Positions 37,283 to 47,589 of a stretch of 64,000 bases of DNA are shown in pieces. The notes under the pieces are model-generated. The model was not told where the DNA came from and did not search any database. It saw nothing but the letters and a program-made list of their open reading frames with translations. A program made the position numbers and the translations under genes. This stretch comes from a virus. Position 1 is the first letter of the stretch. Each line of letters opens with the position of its first letter. Where the stretch lies: the IMG/VR virus record IMGVR_UViG_3300045988_181112, one strand, 5' to 3'.

Positions 37283-37558
37283 ATGAAGATATATAACGTA
37301 GGCATCCATGACAGAGAGGCCGGCAAGAATGACACAGTAAATCTTGCTGTCCTTGAAACAGATGCAGAGAAGAAAAGCTATGATGCCGGTGATTACGATG
37401 CTCTGTTTAAAAACTCCGGCTATGAAGATGAAGACATCTTCTATTATGTAAGAGGCGAAGAGATCCCTACCGGTAACAACGGCCAGATCCTTGCAGGCGA
37501 CACCTATGATTTTATCACCGTGCTCGTCATAAACACACTGGAATACCAGTCGCACTAA
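37283..37558 (+). CDS. hypothetical acidic protein
   Basis: 91-aa ORF. Confidence 0.45.
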   Translation: MKIYNVGIHDREAGKNDTVNLAVLETDAEKKSYDAGDYDALFKNSGYEDEDIFYYVRGEEIPTGNNGQILAGDTYDFITVLVINTLEYQSH

Positions 37559-37575
37559 AAATAAGGAGGAACATT

Positions 37576-38931
37576 ATGTTTGAGAATATTACCGCTGCTT
37601 TCAGGCGCAGCATGTCCAAAGAAAAAATCGCAGAGCTTCTAAATACCACACCGGAAGCCCTTGCTGAATTTGAAAAAGCATACAGCGCTGTCTCTGACGA
37701 AGAGAACAAAGCATCCGGTAACTTTTTCAAATTAAATTCCCGTGACGTGGCACAGCACGAGACCGTTGGTGATGTAAGCGTTGCCGAACTGGAAAACCGT
37801 ATCGTATGCGAACTTCTGGATTCCCAGAACCTGCTTCCTGACCATACGGCCATGCCACCTGTCACAAACGAAGAGATTAAAGCCCTTCCGGAAGAACTCC
37901 GCCCACAGCTTACCGGGCATCTGGTAAAGAAAGATATTGCCGGGGATTCCTATCCGGCACTGCTTGACATGTACCTGTCATGGAAAAAGACCGGCAACAT
38001 TGGCTTTTACCACAGATTCCGCCAGGGTCTTGACATGCTTGATCTTGACGGCATTACTTACGAGATGATCGGCATGAATCCGAACAGCATGGGCTACTGG
38101 CTCCCTGCCCTTGAAGCAGCGGCTTCTTTACAGGATTTCTTCAAAGTCCCTGCAACAAAAGTCGTTAAGGTACCGCTTCCAATTTTACAGCTGACACATC
38201 TTGACTACTTTTCCCTTACTTCGACCACACTTCACATCGTGGATGCCTGGGCGAGAAAAGCATTCGAGCTTGATGAGAACAAAACGTACTTCATCAAGAC
38301 CGGCACGTATTCGTCAAAGTTTGACTTCCGTAATGCAAAAGTCACATCCCCGGCAGAAGTAAGAGAGATCGGACAGTATCTTCTGTTCATCCATGCACAG
38401 GCTCTTGCTATGTGCCATTATGACCTTTCCGGCAGAAACCAGCCGTGCATCTACGGCGTATCCACGACCAATGAATGGGTAGTCCGCGAATACATCGAAG
38501 ATAAAGAGAATCTTCCGTGCATTTACCACGGCATGCCTCTGCACACGGAGTACCGTGCCTTCGTGGATTTTGACACGGACGAACTGATCGGTATTGTACC
38601 GTACTGGGATGCTGAGACAATGAAGAAACGCTTCTCACAGGAATCGGATGCAGATACTGCCGACATGAAGCACGACTACATCATTTATTGTAAAGAAGAA
38701 GAGCGTCTTCAGAAAACATTTGACGCAAATAAAGACCTTGTCTGTAAACATCTGCGCCGGCTCATCCCTGATGTGGAACTTTCCGGACAATGGTCTCTTG
38801 ACATCATGCAGAACGGTGATGATTTCTGGCTGATCGACATGGCTCTTGCAGCAAACTCTGCGTTTGTGGACAAGATGCCAGTAAAGATCACTGCACCAGA
38901 AGAGAACTGGCTGCCTGACCTTGGCAGATAA
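37576..38931 (+). CDS. possible ATP-grasp-fold enzyme
   Basis: TAAGGAGG RBS. Motif order YFIKTGTYSSKFDF (K-loop), then VVREYIEDKE, then TEYRAFVDFD, then GDDFWLIDMALAANS (ExN-like region). Confidence 0.5.
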   Translation: MFENITAAFRRSMSKEKIAELLNTTPEALAEFEKAYSAVSDEENKASGNFFKLNSRDVAQHETVGDVSVAELENRIVCELLDSQNLLPDHTAMPPVTNEEIKALPEELRPQLTGHLVKKDIAGDSYPALLDMYLSWKKTGNIGFYHRFRQGLDMLDLDGITYEMIGMNPNSMGYWLPALEAAASLQDFFKVPATKVVKVPLPILQLTHLDYFSLTSTTLHIVDAWARKAFELDENKTYFIKTGTYSSKFDFRNAKVTSPAEVREIGQYLLFIHAQALAMCHYDLSGRNQPCIYGVSTTNEWVVREYIEDKENLPCIYHGMPLHTEYRAFVDFDTDELIGIVPYWDAETMKKRFSQESDADTADMKHDYIIYCKEEERLQKTFDANKDLVCKHLRRLIPDVELSGQWSLDIMQNGDDFWLIDMALAANSAFVDKMPVKITAPEENWLPDLGR

Positions 38932-38942
38932 GGAGTAATATT

Positions 38943-39539
38943 ATGGCAAATTTATGCGGTAACACTGTGGTTTTGGTGGGTTCTCCTGAAAAACTCACAA
39001 CTTTGAAAGACATTATCGCAGAACTTGGCGCCGGCGGGAAATACATCCTGCCGGAGGGCATCTGTGAGAAACTTGGAATCGACAACAGCAAAGAAGGCCA
39101 TTCCTGCGACACTGCAATGGGAAAGCTCGATGATATTGACTTTTCCACAATCCCGGAAGGGTATCTACGTTTCTACTGCTGTACGGCATGGGGCGACAAT
39201 CGTGGAACATGGGACATGATCTGTGAAGAAATGGATCTGGACGGCTATGCATTATCGTCTGAAGCTGATGGTGATTACTGGATCGTAAACGACCCTGACG
39301 GAATATGGTTCCCTGAAAACTACGTCTTTGACTCTTACGGTGAAGGCACTTTTGCCGAACTGGAAACATCGTATTACAATTCCAAAGAAGATCTCTGCGA
39401 GGCGCTCAACAAAATCGCCAGAGAAGAGAAATCCTTTGAAGAATGGCAGGAATACCTGGAAGACAACGATGATGAGGAAGGTGTCATCAAGATCATCGAA
39501 CGCGAAACCGGAAACCAGACATTACCCTACAAAAAATAA
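38943..39539 (+). CDS. hypothetical acidic protein
   Basis: AAGGAG RBS. Confidence 0.5.
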   Translation: MANLCGNTVVLVGSPEKLTTLKDIIAELGAGGKYILPEGICEKLGIDNSKEGHSCDTAMGKLDDIDFSTIPEGYLRFYCCTAWGDNRGTWDMICEEMDLDGYALSSEADGDYWIVNDPDGIWFPENYVFDSYGEGTFAELETSYYNSKEDLCEALNKIAREEKSFEEWQEYLEDNDDEEGVIKIIERETGNQTLPYKK

Positions 39540-39554
39540 AGGAGTGCGTAGTGT

Positions 39555-39737
39555 ATGAAAGTAAACGAGGATTACAATCTTGCGATCAACACAGAAATCA
39601 ATGCTGAGAATATCAAAAGGACATTAAAAGTACTGATAGACAACGGTATCGACCCAGATGAAGCAGGAGTTGTATTGGAAGCTATCGGATACACACTATT
39701 GGACATGTGTCTGGACACTGATGGAATGACTGTATAA
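39555..39737 (+). CDS. small hypothetical protein
   Basis: AAAGGAG RBS. Confidence 0.4.
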   Translation: MKVNEDYNLAINTEINAENIKRTLKVLIDNGIDPDEAGVVLEAIGYTLLDMCLDTDGMTV

Positions 39738-39754
39738 TCAGAATTGGAAATATT

Positions 39755-39985
39755 ATGAACCATAGAATTAGTAAGAAAATTTATAAAAGAGCAGACCTTA
39801 AACTGAAATCGTTCATTGCAGCAAGTCACGATAAACGCACGACATATGATATTACAAAAGAAGAAAATATCCTTTCTGGCTTAGAATGTAGTATTTTCAT
39901 TTCTAAACAGAATAAATGGGCGAAGCGAATAAATGATATTGTTGATGAATTAAAAGCGGAAGAACAGACCATGCCTTGCAAGTAA
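39755..39985 (+). CDS. small basic hypothetical protein
   Basis: Weak RBS. Confidence 0.35.
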   Translation: MNHRISKKIYKRADLKLKSFIAASHDKRTTYDITKEENILSGLECSIFISKQNKWAKRINDIVDELKAEEQTMPCK

Positions 39986-40017
39986 AAATAAAAAAAACCG
40001 GCAAAAGGAGAAATATT

Positions 40018-40518
40018 ATGGAAAAGATGACTGAGGATGACATCCAACGCTTCATAGAAGGTAAAAAGCGGGTATGCCTTTCTATGTTAATGGAGGAAAT
40101 CACTGAAGATATTTCCACTGATACCTGCAAAGTCCTGTACGCTTTTGCAGGACTTAACCCGAAATCAAGTCAGTATGGATACATTCTCGGCGCATTCCGT
40201 TATGTGATCGATGATTCCATTCATGTATTCCGGTTCCATATACACAGACCGAAGCAGGAATTTGCAGTCTTAAGCAACCGCATGACTGACTGCAGACAGA
40301 TTATCAAACGGACTTCCTACGGCGTAACACTGTACGAAGACCACGCAGAACTCTGTCTTGGACCGGAAGCGTTTTATCTTAACTGGCCGGATAAATATCT
40401 GGATGAAAACAATCTCGCCCTGCGTAAACTCATGAAAAGCATCCGTGACTACAGTCGCAGCAAAGACTTATGCAAAGTGTTGCGGAAAACGGACAGAGCA
40501 TACATTAACTATCATTGA
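40018..40518 (+). CDS. hypothetical protein
   Basis: AAAAGGAGAAA RBS. Start at MEKMTEDD. Confidence 0.5.
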   Translation: MEKMTEDDIQRFIEGKKRVCLSMLMEEITEDISTDTCKVLYAFAGLNPKSSQYGYILGAFRYVIDDSIHVFRFHIHRPKQEFAVLSNRMTDCRQIIKRTSYGVTLYEDHAELCLGPEAFYLNWPDKYLDENNLALRKLMKSIRDYSRSKDLCKVLRKTDRAYINYH

Positions 40519-40533
40519 TAAGGAGGAAACAAT

Positions 40534-40950
40534 ATGTTATTGAAAGACGTTGTCTTAAGAGCCGTCATCGCAATGACCATGGTAAAGCCGCCGGCAAAAG
40601 AGTCCATCTATGTTGGTACGATCACGCTCGTAAAAGACGGAAAGAAATATACCTTCGATTTTAATTCCTATGGTGTAGGTGTTATTGACAACACTGTTGT
40701 CATTGAATGCAGGGAAGGTGAACTGGAAGACATTCCTGAAGGAGCAACCCTTGAAGAACTGGAAGGAGCTGTTGTCACAGACCTGTTCTTACAGGGTGAT
40801 GAGGACTCTTACGTGGAAGGACAGGCAGTAAAGAACATCGAGCTTACGCTCTATGATGTCATGGATCCTTCCCGTAAAGTGATCTTTGAAAAGGACGCCT
40901 TTAAAGAGGCCGACCTTGGCGAATATTATGACATTACATGGGAGGTGTAA
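40534..40950 (+). CDS. hypothetical protein
   Basis: TAAGGAGG RBS. Confidence 0.5.
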   Translation: MLLKDVVLRAVIAMTMVKPPAKESIYVGTITLVKDGKKYTFDFNSYGVGVIDNTVVIECREGELEDIPEGATLEELEGAVVTDLFLQGDEDSYVEGQAVKNIELTLYDVMDPSRKVIFEKDAFKEADLGEYYDITWEV

Positions 40951-40953
40951 GCA

Positions 40954-41463
40954 ATGGGCTTCTGGACATACACTTATGCCTGCATCAAAAAGAAAGCGCC
41001 TGCGCATGAAAGCATGGACTATGACGGCAGGAAACCTGTCGTACTCGCCCTGCCCGATGGTACATTCTTGAAAGAAGACTGCTATGACGGTTACGGCATC
41101 ATTTGCGGAAAAGACGTATTGGAACTGGTCGTAGACTGGAACCGTGGTACACCGGAAACACTCGCTGTCATGGACAAGCACATTGCCATGAAATGTACAG
41201 AACGGGCTGACCTTCTGACAGCCGGCAAAACAGATGGATTCCGGCTGCAGTACCTTGACAATGAAATCCCGTGGGTACTCCATGCAAGAGATTACCTTGC
41301 CGGAAAATGTGAGCTGGCAGACCCATCCCGCAAACGGGAAGTCGGCATCATGCTTGCTACCTACAACTGGGAGCAGGAAATGTTAAAATATCCGATCAAA
41401 TTTGTCAAGAATACCAAATACTCTTATGACAAGATCATGGGATATTCTGAGAACACACAGTAG
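40954..41463 (+). CDS. hypothetical protein
   Basis: GGAGGTG RBS. Confidence 0.5.
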   Translation: MGFWTYTYACIKKKAPAHESMDYDGRKPVVLALPDGTFLKEDCYDGYGIICGKDVLELVVDWNRGTPETLAVMDKHIAMKCTERADLLTAGKTDGFRLQYLDNEIPWVLHARDYLAGKCELADPSRKREVGIMLATYNWEQEMLKYPIKFVKNTKYSYDKIMGYSENTQ

Positions 41464-41469
41464 AACAGA

Positions 41470-41509
41470 CTGCCCTGGTGGAGACATTTTCTCTGCCGGG
41501 GCAGTTTTT
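41470..41509 (+). terminator. intrinsic terminator
   Basis: CTGCCCTGG…CCGGGGCAG hairpin followed by TTTTT. Confidence 0.5.
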
Positions 41510-41510
41510 C

Positions 41511-41546
41511 ATGCGTATACGCATGGTGGTAATCTAACGATTACCA
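41511..41546. promoter_or_regulatory. two adjacent perfect palindromes ATGCGTATACGCAT and TGGTAATC-taac-GATTACCA (operator candidates)
   Basis: Perfect dyads in the only sizeable gap within the plus-strand gene block. Confidence 0.45.
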
Positions 41547-41602
41547 CAATTTCATTTATACGAAACTAATGTCAGTTGATTGTTAAGAGGAGAAAAGATA
41601 AC

Positions 41603-41881
41603 ATGGATAATATGGATTTTAAAGAAGGTGGCGTACTGATGCACATTTTGTGGGCAACATCCATCATCCGTCTGGAAAATGAAGTGAAGTCAAACAGACG
41701 GAAACTGGCAGCAGACTTTGATGCAAAAATTGCTGCAGATCCCGACAATAAAGAACTTATTGCTAAGAAAGAAAAGTGCCTTGCACATTTTGACAAAGCT
41801 AACGAAGACACAATGTCAAAAGTGTCGCAGGCACATCAGATATTTGCAGAGAACCCTGAGTTTGCAGGACTCTTATTGTAA
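41603..41881 (+). CDS. hypothetical protein
   Basis: AAGAGGAG RBS. Start at MDNMDF. Confidence 0.5.
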   Translation: MDNMDFKEGGVLMHILWATSIIRLENEVKSNRRKLAADFDAKIAADPDNKELIAKKEKCLAHFDKANEDTMSKVSQAHQIFAENPEFAGLLL

Positions 41882-41895
41882 AAGGAGTGATCTTT

Positions 41896-42009
41896 ATGGG
41901 CAATTACTGGGATTCCTTCGACTGTGAAGTACAGTGCGAGGAAGTTTACACAGAAGACCCTGATATATTACATAAAATTTTGGAAAATGAGGAGGAAGAC
42001 GCATCATGA
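41896..42009 (+). CDS. 37-aa small ORF (not in ORF track)
   Basis: AAAGGAGTGA RBS. The stop overlaps the next ATG (ATGA). Confidence 0.35.
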   Translation: MGNYWDSFDCEVQCEEVYTEDPDILHKILENEEEDAS

Positions 42010-42446
42010 CACATACAGAAAACAAAGAACTTCACAGGAATGGACCATGCAAAGTACAGTATGGCAGTATCTATGGCTTTAATGGCTGCATGATTGAAAA
42101 TCCGGCCGTCATCCTTGACATCACAAAGGATCCGGATGATATACTGACACTGCACCGTTACGGATCGGCAGATGCTATCAAGAGCACTTATGATACCATG
42201 CATGACCGTTATATTCATGCCGGTTTCACAGAAATGGCTAAAAATCTCGTGATGATCACATTTGACACCATCACAGGATTTGCTGACTATGATCGCATGA
42301 CAGGTGCCAAATTCACAACAGACGAAATCTGCACACTGATCAACTGGCTCGGAAATGCCATTCCTGTAAAGAGCTTCAACGAGCTGCTTGTTTCAGAAGA
42401 AGCTGCCCATGCAAAACTTGCAAAGCTCATGTCCTTCGGTTTCTGA
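42006..42446 (+). CDS. hypothetical protein
   Basis: Translationally coupled to the upstream small ORF. Confidence 0.5.
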   Translation: MTHTENKELHRNGPCKVQYGSIYGFNGCMIENPAVILDITKDPDDILTLHRYGSADAIKSTYDTMHDRYIHAGFTEMAKNLVMITFDTITGFADYDRMTGAKFTTDEICTLINWLGNAIPVKSFNELLVSEEAAHAKLAKLMSFGF

Positions 42447-42463
42447 CGAGAAAGGAAAAAACT

Positions 42464-43201
42464 ATGACAACATATTATCATATCACCAAGCCGGAACATG
42501 TTGCAGACATCTGCAACGAAGGCTTGAGACCATCTTACGGCGAAAACTCACAGTCTATCAATGACAGCCGCGCACCAAGAATCAGCCTGTGCTCCCAGAA
42601 AAGCATTGATGCCTGGTGCATCCTACTCGGCGCAGACAGAGTCATCCGTGTCAATCTCCCAAAGGACTTTCCTGTAACACTTACGGATGACACTGAAGGC
42701 TCGGATGAGTACAGCACAGAACAGCCGATACCGGCAAAGTATATCTCCAAGAAATACAAACACACACCGTCACAGGAAGTGCTTGACGGACTCCGTGAAA
42801 ATTACATGAGCTGCCTGTCCTATTTCTGCACGATGTGTGCGAGATATTACACGCCCGGTTCTGAGTGGAAAAATGACCCGGAACTTGCAAAAGAGTTAAA
42901 AGAGGACATCAAAACCTACGGAGAATGCATCATTCCCGTCATTCCGAGACTAAAATACACGGATATGACAAAAGAAGAGAAATGCCGGATCTTACGAAAC
43001 ATCGGCGATTCCGGCGATTATTCCTTCTGTGATGAGTATGTTCCCGGCTACAATTATGCAAAACCCGTAAAACGTCTGTACCAGATGCTGCCGTTATACG
43101 AAAAAGATGACCTTTATGATATCCGTATAACGGTCTATAAACTGATCAAAGAAAACTTCAGATACTGTCTCCGTACAAACACAGGTGGATGGACAGGCTG
43201 A
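42464..43201 (+). CDS. hypothetical protein
   Basis: GAAAGGAAAAA RBS. Confidence 0.5.
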   Translation: MTTYYHITKPEHVADICNEGLRPSYGENSQSINDSRAPRISLCSQKSIDAWCILLGADRVIRVNLPKDFPVTLTDDTEGSDEYSTEQPIPAKYISKKYKHTPSQEVLDGLRENYMSCLSYFCTMCARYYTPGSEWKNDPELAKELKEDIKTYGECIIPVIPRLKYTDMTKEEKCRILRNIGDSGDYSFCDEYVPGYNYAKPVKRLYQMLPLYEKDDLYDIRITVYKLIKENFRYCLRTNTGGWTG

Positions 43202-43227
43202 ACATCATAGAAACGAGGTAAAAAATC

Positions 43228-43680
43228 ATGCTGTTCTGGTTATTTGTCATTACATGTATCATGGGTATCCTGCTTGTTATTGTCGGACAGATAGGTAACG
43301 GCAACCATGCTTGGTATTGTTCTGAGAATAAATTCAAGAAATTTGTATACAGATACGGTAATTCCGGTATCAAATCTGCGGGTATTGTCATAGCTTTCGT
43401 AAGCACCATAGCCGTTGTATCTATGTTCGTCATCATTCTTGGCAATCATTCCATTGTAAAGGAAAAAGCCAGAAGATATAAAGTTGACCGTGAATACATC
43501 ATAGCACAGCTTAACGATGAAAACTGTTATAATGAGTATGGTCTTCTGGAAAAGAATCTCGCTTATACGATTGAAGACTGGAATGATTTTGTTAAATTTC
43601 ATAAAAGATACCAGAGAAACTTCTGGATCGGAATCTTTATTCCAAACGTATTCGATGATTTGGAACCAATTGACTATTAA
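43228..43680 (+). CDS. membrane protein (2 TM)
   Basis: MLFWLFVITCIMGILLVIVGQI and AGIVIAFVSTIAVVSMFVIIL. Confidence 0.5.
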   Translation: MLFWLFVITCIMGILLVIVGQIGNGNHAWYCSENKFKKFVYRYGNSGIKSAGIVIAFVSTIAVVSMFVIILGNHSIVKEKARRYKVDREYIIAQLNDENCYNEYGLLEKNLAYTIEDWNDFVKFHKRYQRNFWIGIFIPNVFDDLEPIDY

Positions 43681-43721
43681 CAACTTACACGGCGTCCTAT
43701 TCAGAAAGCAGGTGAAACCAC

Positions 43722-44120
43722 ATGAAAAGACTGGAATGTTACGGACTGTGTGATGATAAGAAACACGCTTTCCAAAAACTGCACGAAATAGAACGGATCA
43801 GACACCAGCTGGAACGCTATGTGAAAAAGAAAGAAAACGTCATAAAACGTAGCCGCGCCACAGATGCAATCATGTGCGATACCATTCACCTGCACTTTAT
43901 GTGCGGAAATTGTTCCGAGTTTCATGACATGAATTTTACACAGGAACAAAACTGCATCCACTATGCTGCATACAGTCTTTACTGCAACATCTGCGAAGGA
44001 CTGATCCCTGTAAAAGACTACAACGAGATCCTGCACCTGCTTGCCGGAAACTATCCGGGAATATACCGTATCTTGCAGGATGCATGGAGAAAATATAAGA
44101 ATTCAGGAAAGGAGAGCTGA
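43722..44120 (+). CDS. Cys-rich (zinc-finger-like) protein
   Basis: CGNCSEFH…CIHYAAYSLYCNICEG. Confidence 0.5.
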   Translation: MKRLECYGLCDDKKHAFQKLHEIERIRHQLERYVKKKENVIKRSRATDAIMCDTIHLHFMCGNCSEFHDMNFTQEQNCIHYAAYSLYCNICEGLIPVKDYNEILHLLAGNYPGIYRILQDAWRKYKNSGKES

Positions 44121-44122
44121 CC

Positions 44123-45124
44123 ATGCTCACAGAAAAAGATTTCACGAAAGAACAGCTTGCCGCCGGCAAAGCTCTTGCTTATATCGAGCGGGTAATCTGC
44201 TTTGAAGATATGTGTTACAGCCTGGAAGAAAGCATCAATAACCTGACAGACATCACAGGATGTGACGAAATTCCTGAGTATGACAGCGCTGAAATGTCAC
44301 AGAATGAAGGAGAGCGTATCCTCGCCCTTGCGTATGCAAAAGCTGTCAGCATAGACACAGCATTTATCACAGGCTGCACCGGCTACTTCTTGGAAAATAA
44401 CGATGATGTCTTTTGCAATGCCATGCTGTACGAAGACAGTGATATTCCCACAGAAACAAAGCTGTACAAAGCTTTGCAGGAAATCCGTACGCTTATCCAT
44501 GATCAATCTGAACACCTGCTGGAACTGACCGACAATCTGCTGCTGCATATAGAGCATATGCCGCTGATGCGTATGAAATTCATTCATCGTGCCATGCAGG
44601 ACTACATGTTCCATGTCAGCGAAGAACTGTTCGGTATACAAAGCAATGATTTTGGAACTATTGTGAAATGTGTTGACAGATACGACCTGGACGAATTCCA
44701 TGGTTATGTAATGAAAGCAGGTATCTATCAGAACCTCACTGACGGGACCAACAACCTGCCAATCCTCATCCTGTTCTCCTGCGATGAAAAGGATGAGTCC
44801 CTGATCCACGTAGATTTCAAACTGGAACGCCTACGCTACGCGGCACCCGTAAAAAGACACATCAATGTCATCGTTCATGCAGGTACTGCCGGAACTTTCA
44901 CAGCATTTGATTTTAAAATGCACTGTAAGAAACACAGCTCACCATGCAATGATACCTGTGCATGCAACGCTGACGCACCGGCATTCCAGTCACGCATCTG
45001 TAACACTCTGGAAAGATGCCAGGAAAAACTGTCAGAACTTAAAGAAAAACATCCTGCTGTCAATTGCATTCTTAGATACAATGATCCCATCGAGGATTTT
45101 ACAGAGGAGATCTCATTTGAATAA
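44123..45124 (+). CDS. hypothetical protein
   Basis: GGAAAGGAGAG RBS. Confidence 0.5.
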   Translation: MLTEKDFTKEQLAAGKALAYIERVICFEDMCYSLEESINNLTDITGCDEIPEYDSAEMSQNEGERILALAYAKAVSIDTAFITGCTGYFLENNDDVFCNAMLYEDSDIPTETKLYKALQEIRTLIHDQSEHLLELTDNLLLHIEHMPLMRMKFIHRAMQDYMFHVSEELFGIQSNDFGTIVKCVDRYDLDEFHGYVMKAGIYQNLTDGTNNLPILILFSCDEKDESLIHVDFKLERLRYAAPVKRHINVIVHAGTAGTFTAFDFKMHCKKHSSPCNDTCACNADAPAFQSRICNTLERCQEKLSELKEKHPAVNCILRYNDPIEDFTEEISFE

Positions 45125-45138
45125 AAAGGAGAAATATC

Positions 45139-45678
45139 ATGTCTTCTGAAATTTATTATGGAGTAACACAATCCGTCCACGGACATGAATACCGGTGGAT
45201 CTTTGAAAAGTCCATACTGGATAAAAATATGTATGATGGAACATCTGCTCCGGATCATGATGTGACCGACTGCGGCTTCCCGATTGCCGGCAGCAACAGC
45301 AGTTCCACAACTATCCAGCGGTTAAACAGCGACCGTGTTATCAAAGAATTCCTGACCGCACCTGCAACAGGCCCTGACATGGTTGACCCGACTCTTGCAG
45401 ACATCGGTGAATACTGTGTATCTGTTGCCAACAATCACGATTCCTGTACGGATAAGTTCATGCAGATGTTCGGACTATCCTATACTGCACTGGAAAGAAA
45501 TGATGACGTCCTACGCCACGAACATAAGGTTCGCAGGATGTTTGCTGCGCTTGAAAAAGCAGGTTACAAAGGACTGGACTATGCCAATCCGTTGTATGGC
45601 AGAAACAAAAACATGCGCTATTCCGAGCTGTTTGAAATTTATATGAAAGTCACCGGCAAAGATAAAAGCAGCGTGTAA
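45139..45678 (+). CDS. hypothetical protein
   Basis: AAAAGGAGAAA RBS. Confidence 0.5.
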   Translation: MSSEIYYGVTQSVHGHEYRWIFEKSILDKNMYDGTSAPDHDVTDCGFPIAGSNSSSTTIQRLNSDRVIKEFLTAPATGPDMVDPTLADIGEYCVSVANNHDSCTDKFMQMFGLSYTALERNDDVLRHEHKVRRMFAALEKAGYKGLDYANPLYGRNKNMRYSELFEIYMKVTGKDKSSV

Positions 45679-45713
45679 ACAATTGCATTCACAAAATATG
45701 AGGAGAAAACATC

Positions 45714-45902
45714 ATGAAAATCAAAGATTTTTTGGAAAATTTCCAGGGTAACAATCATATCAAAATCTATGATGCCCACGACTTTTCCACGCACCGGTTC
45801 AATTCAAAACAGGCTGCCGTGGAAAAGTGGGGATACTTCCCCGTAAAGAGCTGGGACATTGAAGGAAACGTCCTTAAGATCACCACACGGTCACAATTTT
45901 AA
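45714..45902 (+). CDS. small hypothetical protein
   Basis: GAGGAGAAAA RBS. Confidence 0.4.
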   Translation: MKIKDFLENFQGNNHIKIYDAHDFSTHRFNSKQAAVEKWGYFPVKSWDIEGNVLKITTRSQF

Positions 45903-45918
45903 GAAAGGAGCAATGATT

Positions 45919-46581
45919 ATGCCGGAAACAGAAAGTACTGCAAACAGTACAAGACTTAGAAACCTGCACGAAATCATCAACGGTTTCAATACCGTATTCG
46001 GACATGAAGGCAAAATCCGTGTCAATACACCCAGTGATGGACACCTGTTCTTCCCGATCCGTTATGATATTCCTACACCGCCGGAAAAACAGAACGGCTG
46101 GGGAAGCAGGCTGGCTTTCCCGAATGCGGTTGAAAACACAATCAACTATGCCATGATAAAGATCTGGGTGGAGCGTGATAAGACAAAGCCATATTCCAGA
46201 CCGAAATTTACCCTGTGGTTTGACAATATCTACTGCAATCCTTTCATTATGCCGGATCATGACCTTGCCGTAAAGCTTGAAGACGCCCGTGAAGAGTATT
46301 TCAAAGGACCCTGTAACGTGATCATCGGCAAAGAAGAGGTCTACATTCCAAACAAATTGTTAAAGGAATGCATTGCAAAGGCTGAAGATAGAATCCGCAC
46401 GTACCAGAAAAGAATAGCCGGCATTGAATTTCCAAAACCCGGTATCAAAGATATTGCGGAATATGCAAACGACATCACAGACATTTATGCTGTACTGGAA
46501 ATGCTTGAATTGGAAATGAAATACCGCACCGGCGAACTGCCGAAAAAATCAGATGAAAATGGAGGAGAAAAAATTGCCTAA
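45919..46581 (+). CDS. hypothetical protein
   Basis: AAAGGAGCA RBS. The second ATG was chosen for spacing. Confidence 0.5.
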   Translation: MPETESTANSTRLRNLHEIINGFNTVFGHEGKIRVNTPSDGHLFFPIRYDIPTPPEKQNGWGSRLAFPNAVENTINYAMIKIWVERDKTKPYSRPKFTLWFDNIYCNPFIMPDHDLAVKLEDAREEYFKGPCNVIIGKEEVYIPNKLLKECIAKAEDRIRTYQKRIAGIEFPKPGIKDIAEYANDITDIYAVLEMLELEMKYRTGELPKKSDENGGEKIA

Positions 46582-47257
46582 TTATGTTGCAAATGTCGTA
46601 AAAATGAAAGGTATCGCAGACCTGCCATTGTTCACAGAACAGGATGGCAAAAATTATTTTGATTTCAACAAGATCATCCCGATGCCGGAATCCCTTAATG
46701 TGGAGAGTGGCTCCCGTACAGAAATGGCTGTTGTCTATTTCCTGACAGATCACTGCACCATTCCGATCAGATGCTTAAACCCGGATGATAAGACAATTGC
46801 AGATGCCCTTGTTGAGAACATGTTTTCCAAAAACTGGCTGCAGGAGGTCTATACCCGTACACAGGAATGGGCCTACAAAACAACCACAATTGAAAAAGAC
46901 AAGATGTTTGCCATGGGCCAGATCTACGTCGATAATTACAAGAAATATGGTGCAGCCACATGGTACAAATGGTGTGTTGACAACTGGGGTACCAAATGGA
47001 ATGCCCTTGGTGGAAATAAAGTTGACAGTGATACCGTGTCGTTCAAGACTGCATGGTCGGCTCCGCTTCCCATCATGGAAAAACTCTCCGAAATGTATCC
47101 TGACAGGAATATTATGATCAAATGGGCCGACGAAGATGAAGGCAGCAACACCGGAGAAGTTGTATATCGCAACGGAGCCGTTATCCGTGGCGGTGCAAAT
47201 GAAAACGGAACCAAAGCAGCCTATGCTGCATATAACGACTGCTGGAGTCAGGTGTGA
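46553..47257 (+). CDS. hypothetical protein with WGTKWN motif
   Basis: 234-aa ORF. It overlaps the upstream gene by 29 nt. Confidence 0.45.
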   Translation: MKMEEKKLPNYVANVVKMKGIADLPLFTEQDGKNYFDFNKIIPMPESLNVESGSRTEMAVVYFLTDHCTIPIRCLNPDDKTIADALVENMFSKNWLQEVYTRTQEWAYKTTTIEKDKMFAMGQIYVDNYKKYGAATWYKWCVDNWGTKWNALGGNKVDSDTVSFKTAWSAPLPIMEKLSEMYPDRNIMIKWADEDEGSNTGEVVYRNGAVIRGGANENGTKAAYAAYNDCWSQV

Positions 47258-47274
47258 GCCGGAAAGGAACAACA

Positions 47275-47567
47275 TGTCTCACTATATCAGAAACTTTTTC
47301 AGAAAAAGAAAGGAACGCAAAGATGCTGCGTTCCTTGAAAATGTCAGAAATAAAATCGCTACTGCAGATAACGATGCTTTGATCGAAATGAATCAGGATT
47401 TCTATCATTCCATGGAAGCCGACAGAAAAATCGGGTACATCGAACCCGAACCTGTGGTAAAAAAGGCATATGGAATGATTTGTGAAGAAATGTGCAAGCG
47501 CAGCTTGAAAACCTGCGATGAGATCGAAGAGGACATCTGGCTCTCCAAACGGGGAGATTATATCTAA
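47275..47567 (+). CDS. hypothetical protein
   Basis: GGAAAGGAACAAC RBS. Confidence 0.45.
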
Positions 47568-47589
47568 ATTAAAAACAGGAGGTATCCCT

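Noticed and set aside
46553-47257. Assigning the WGTKWN-motif protein to a named DUF / leading-region family (YubB/DUF1281-like)
   Set aside because: This rests on memory of a single short motif, which is not a sufficient basis for a family call.
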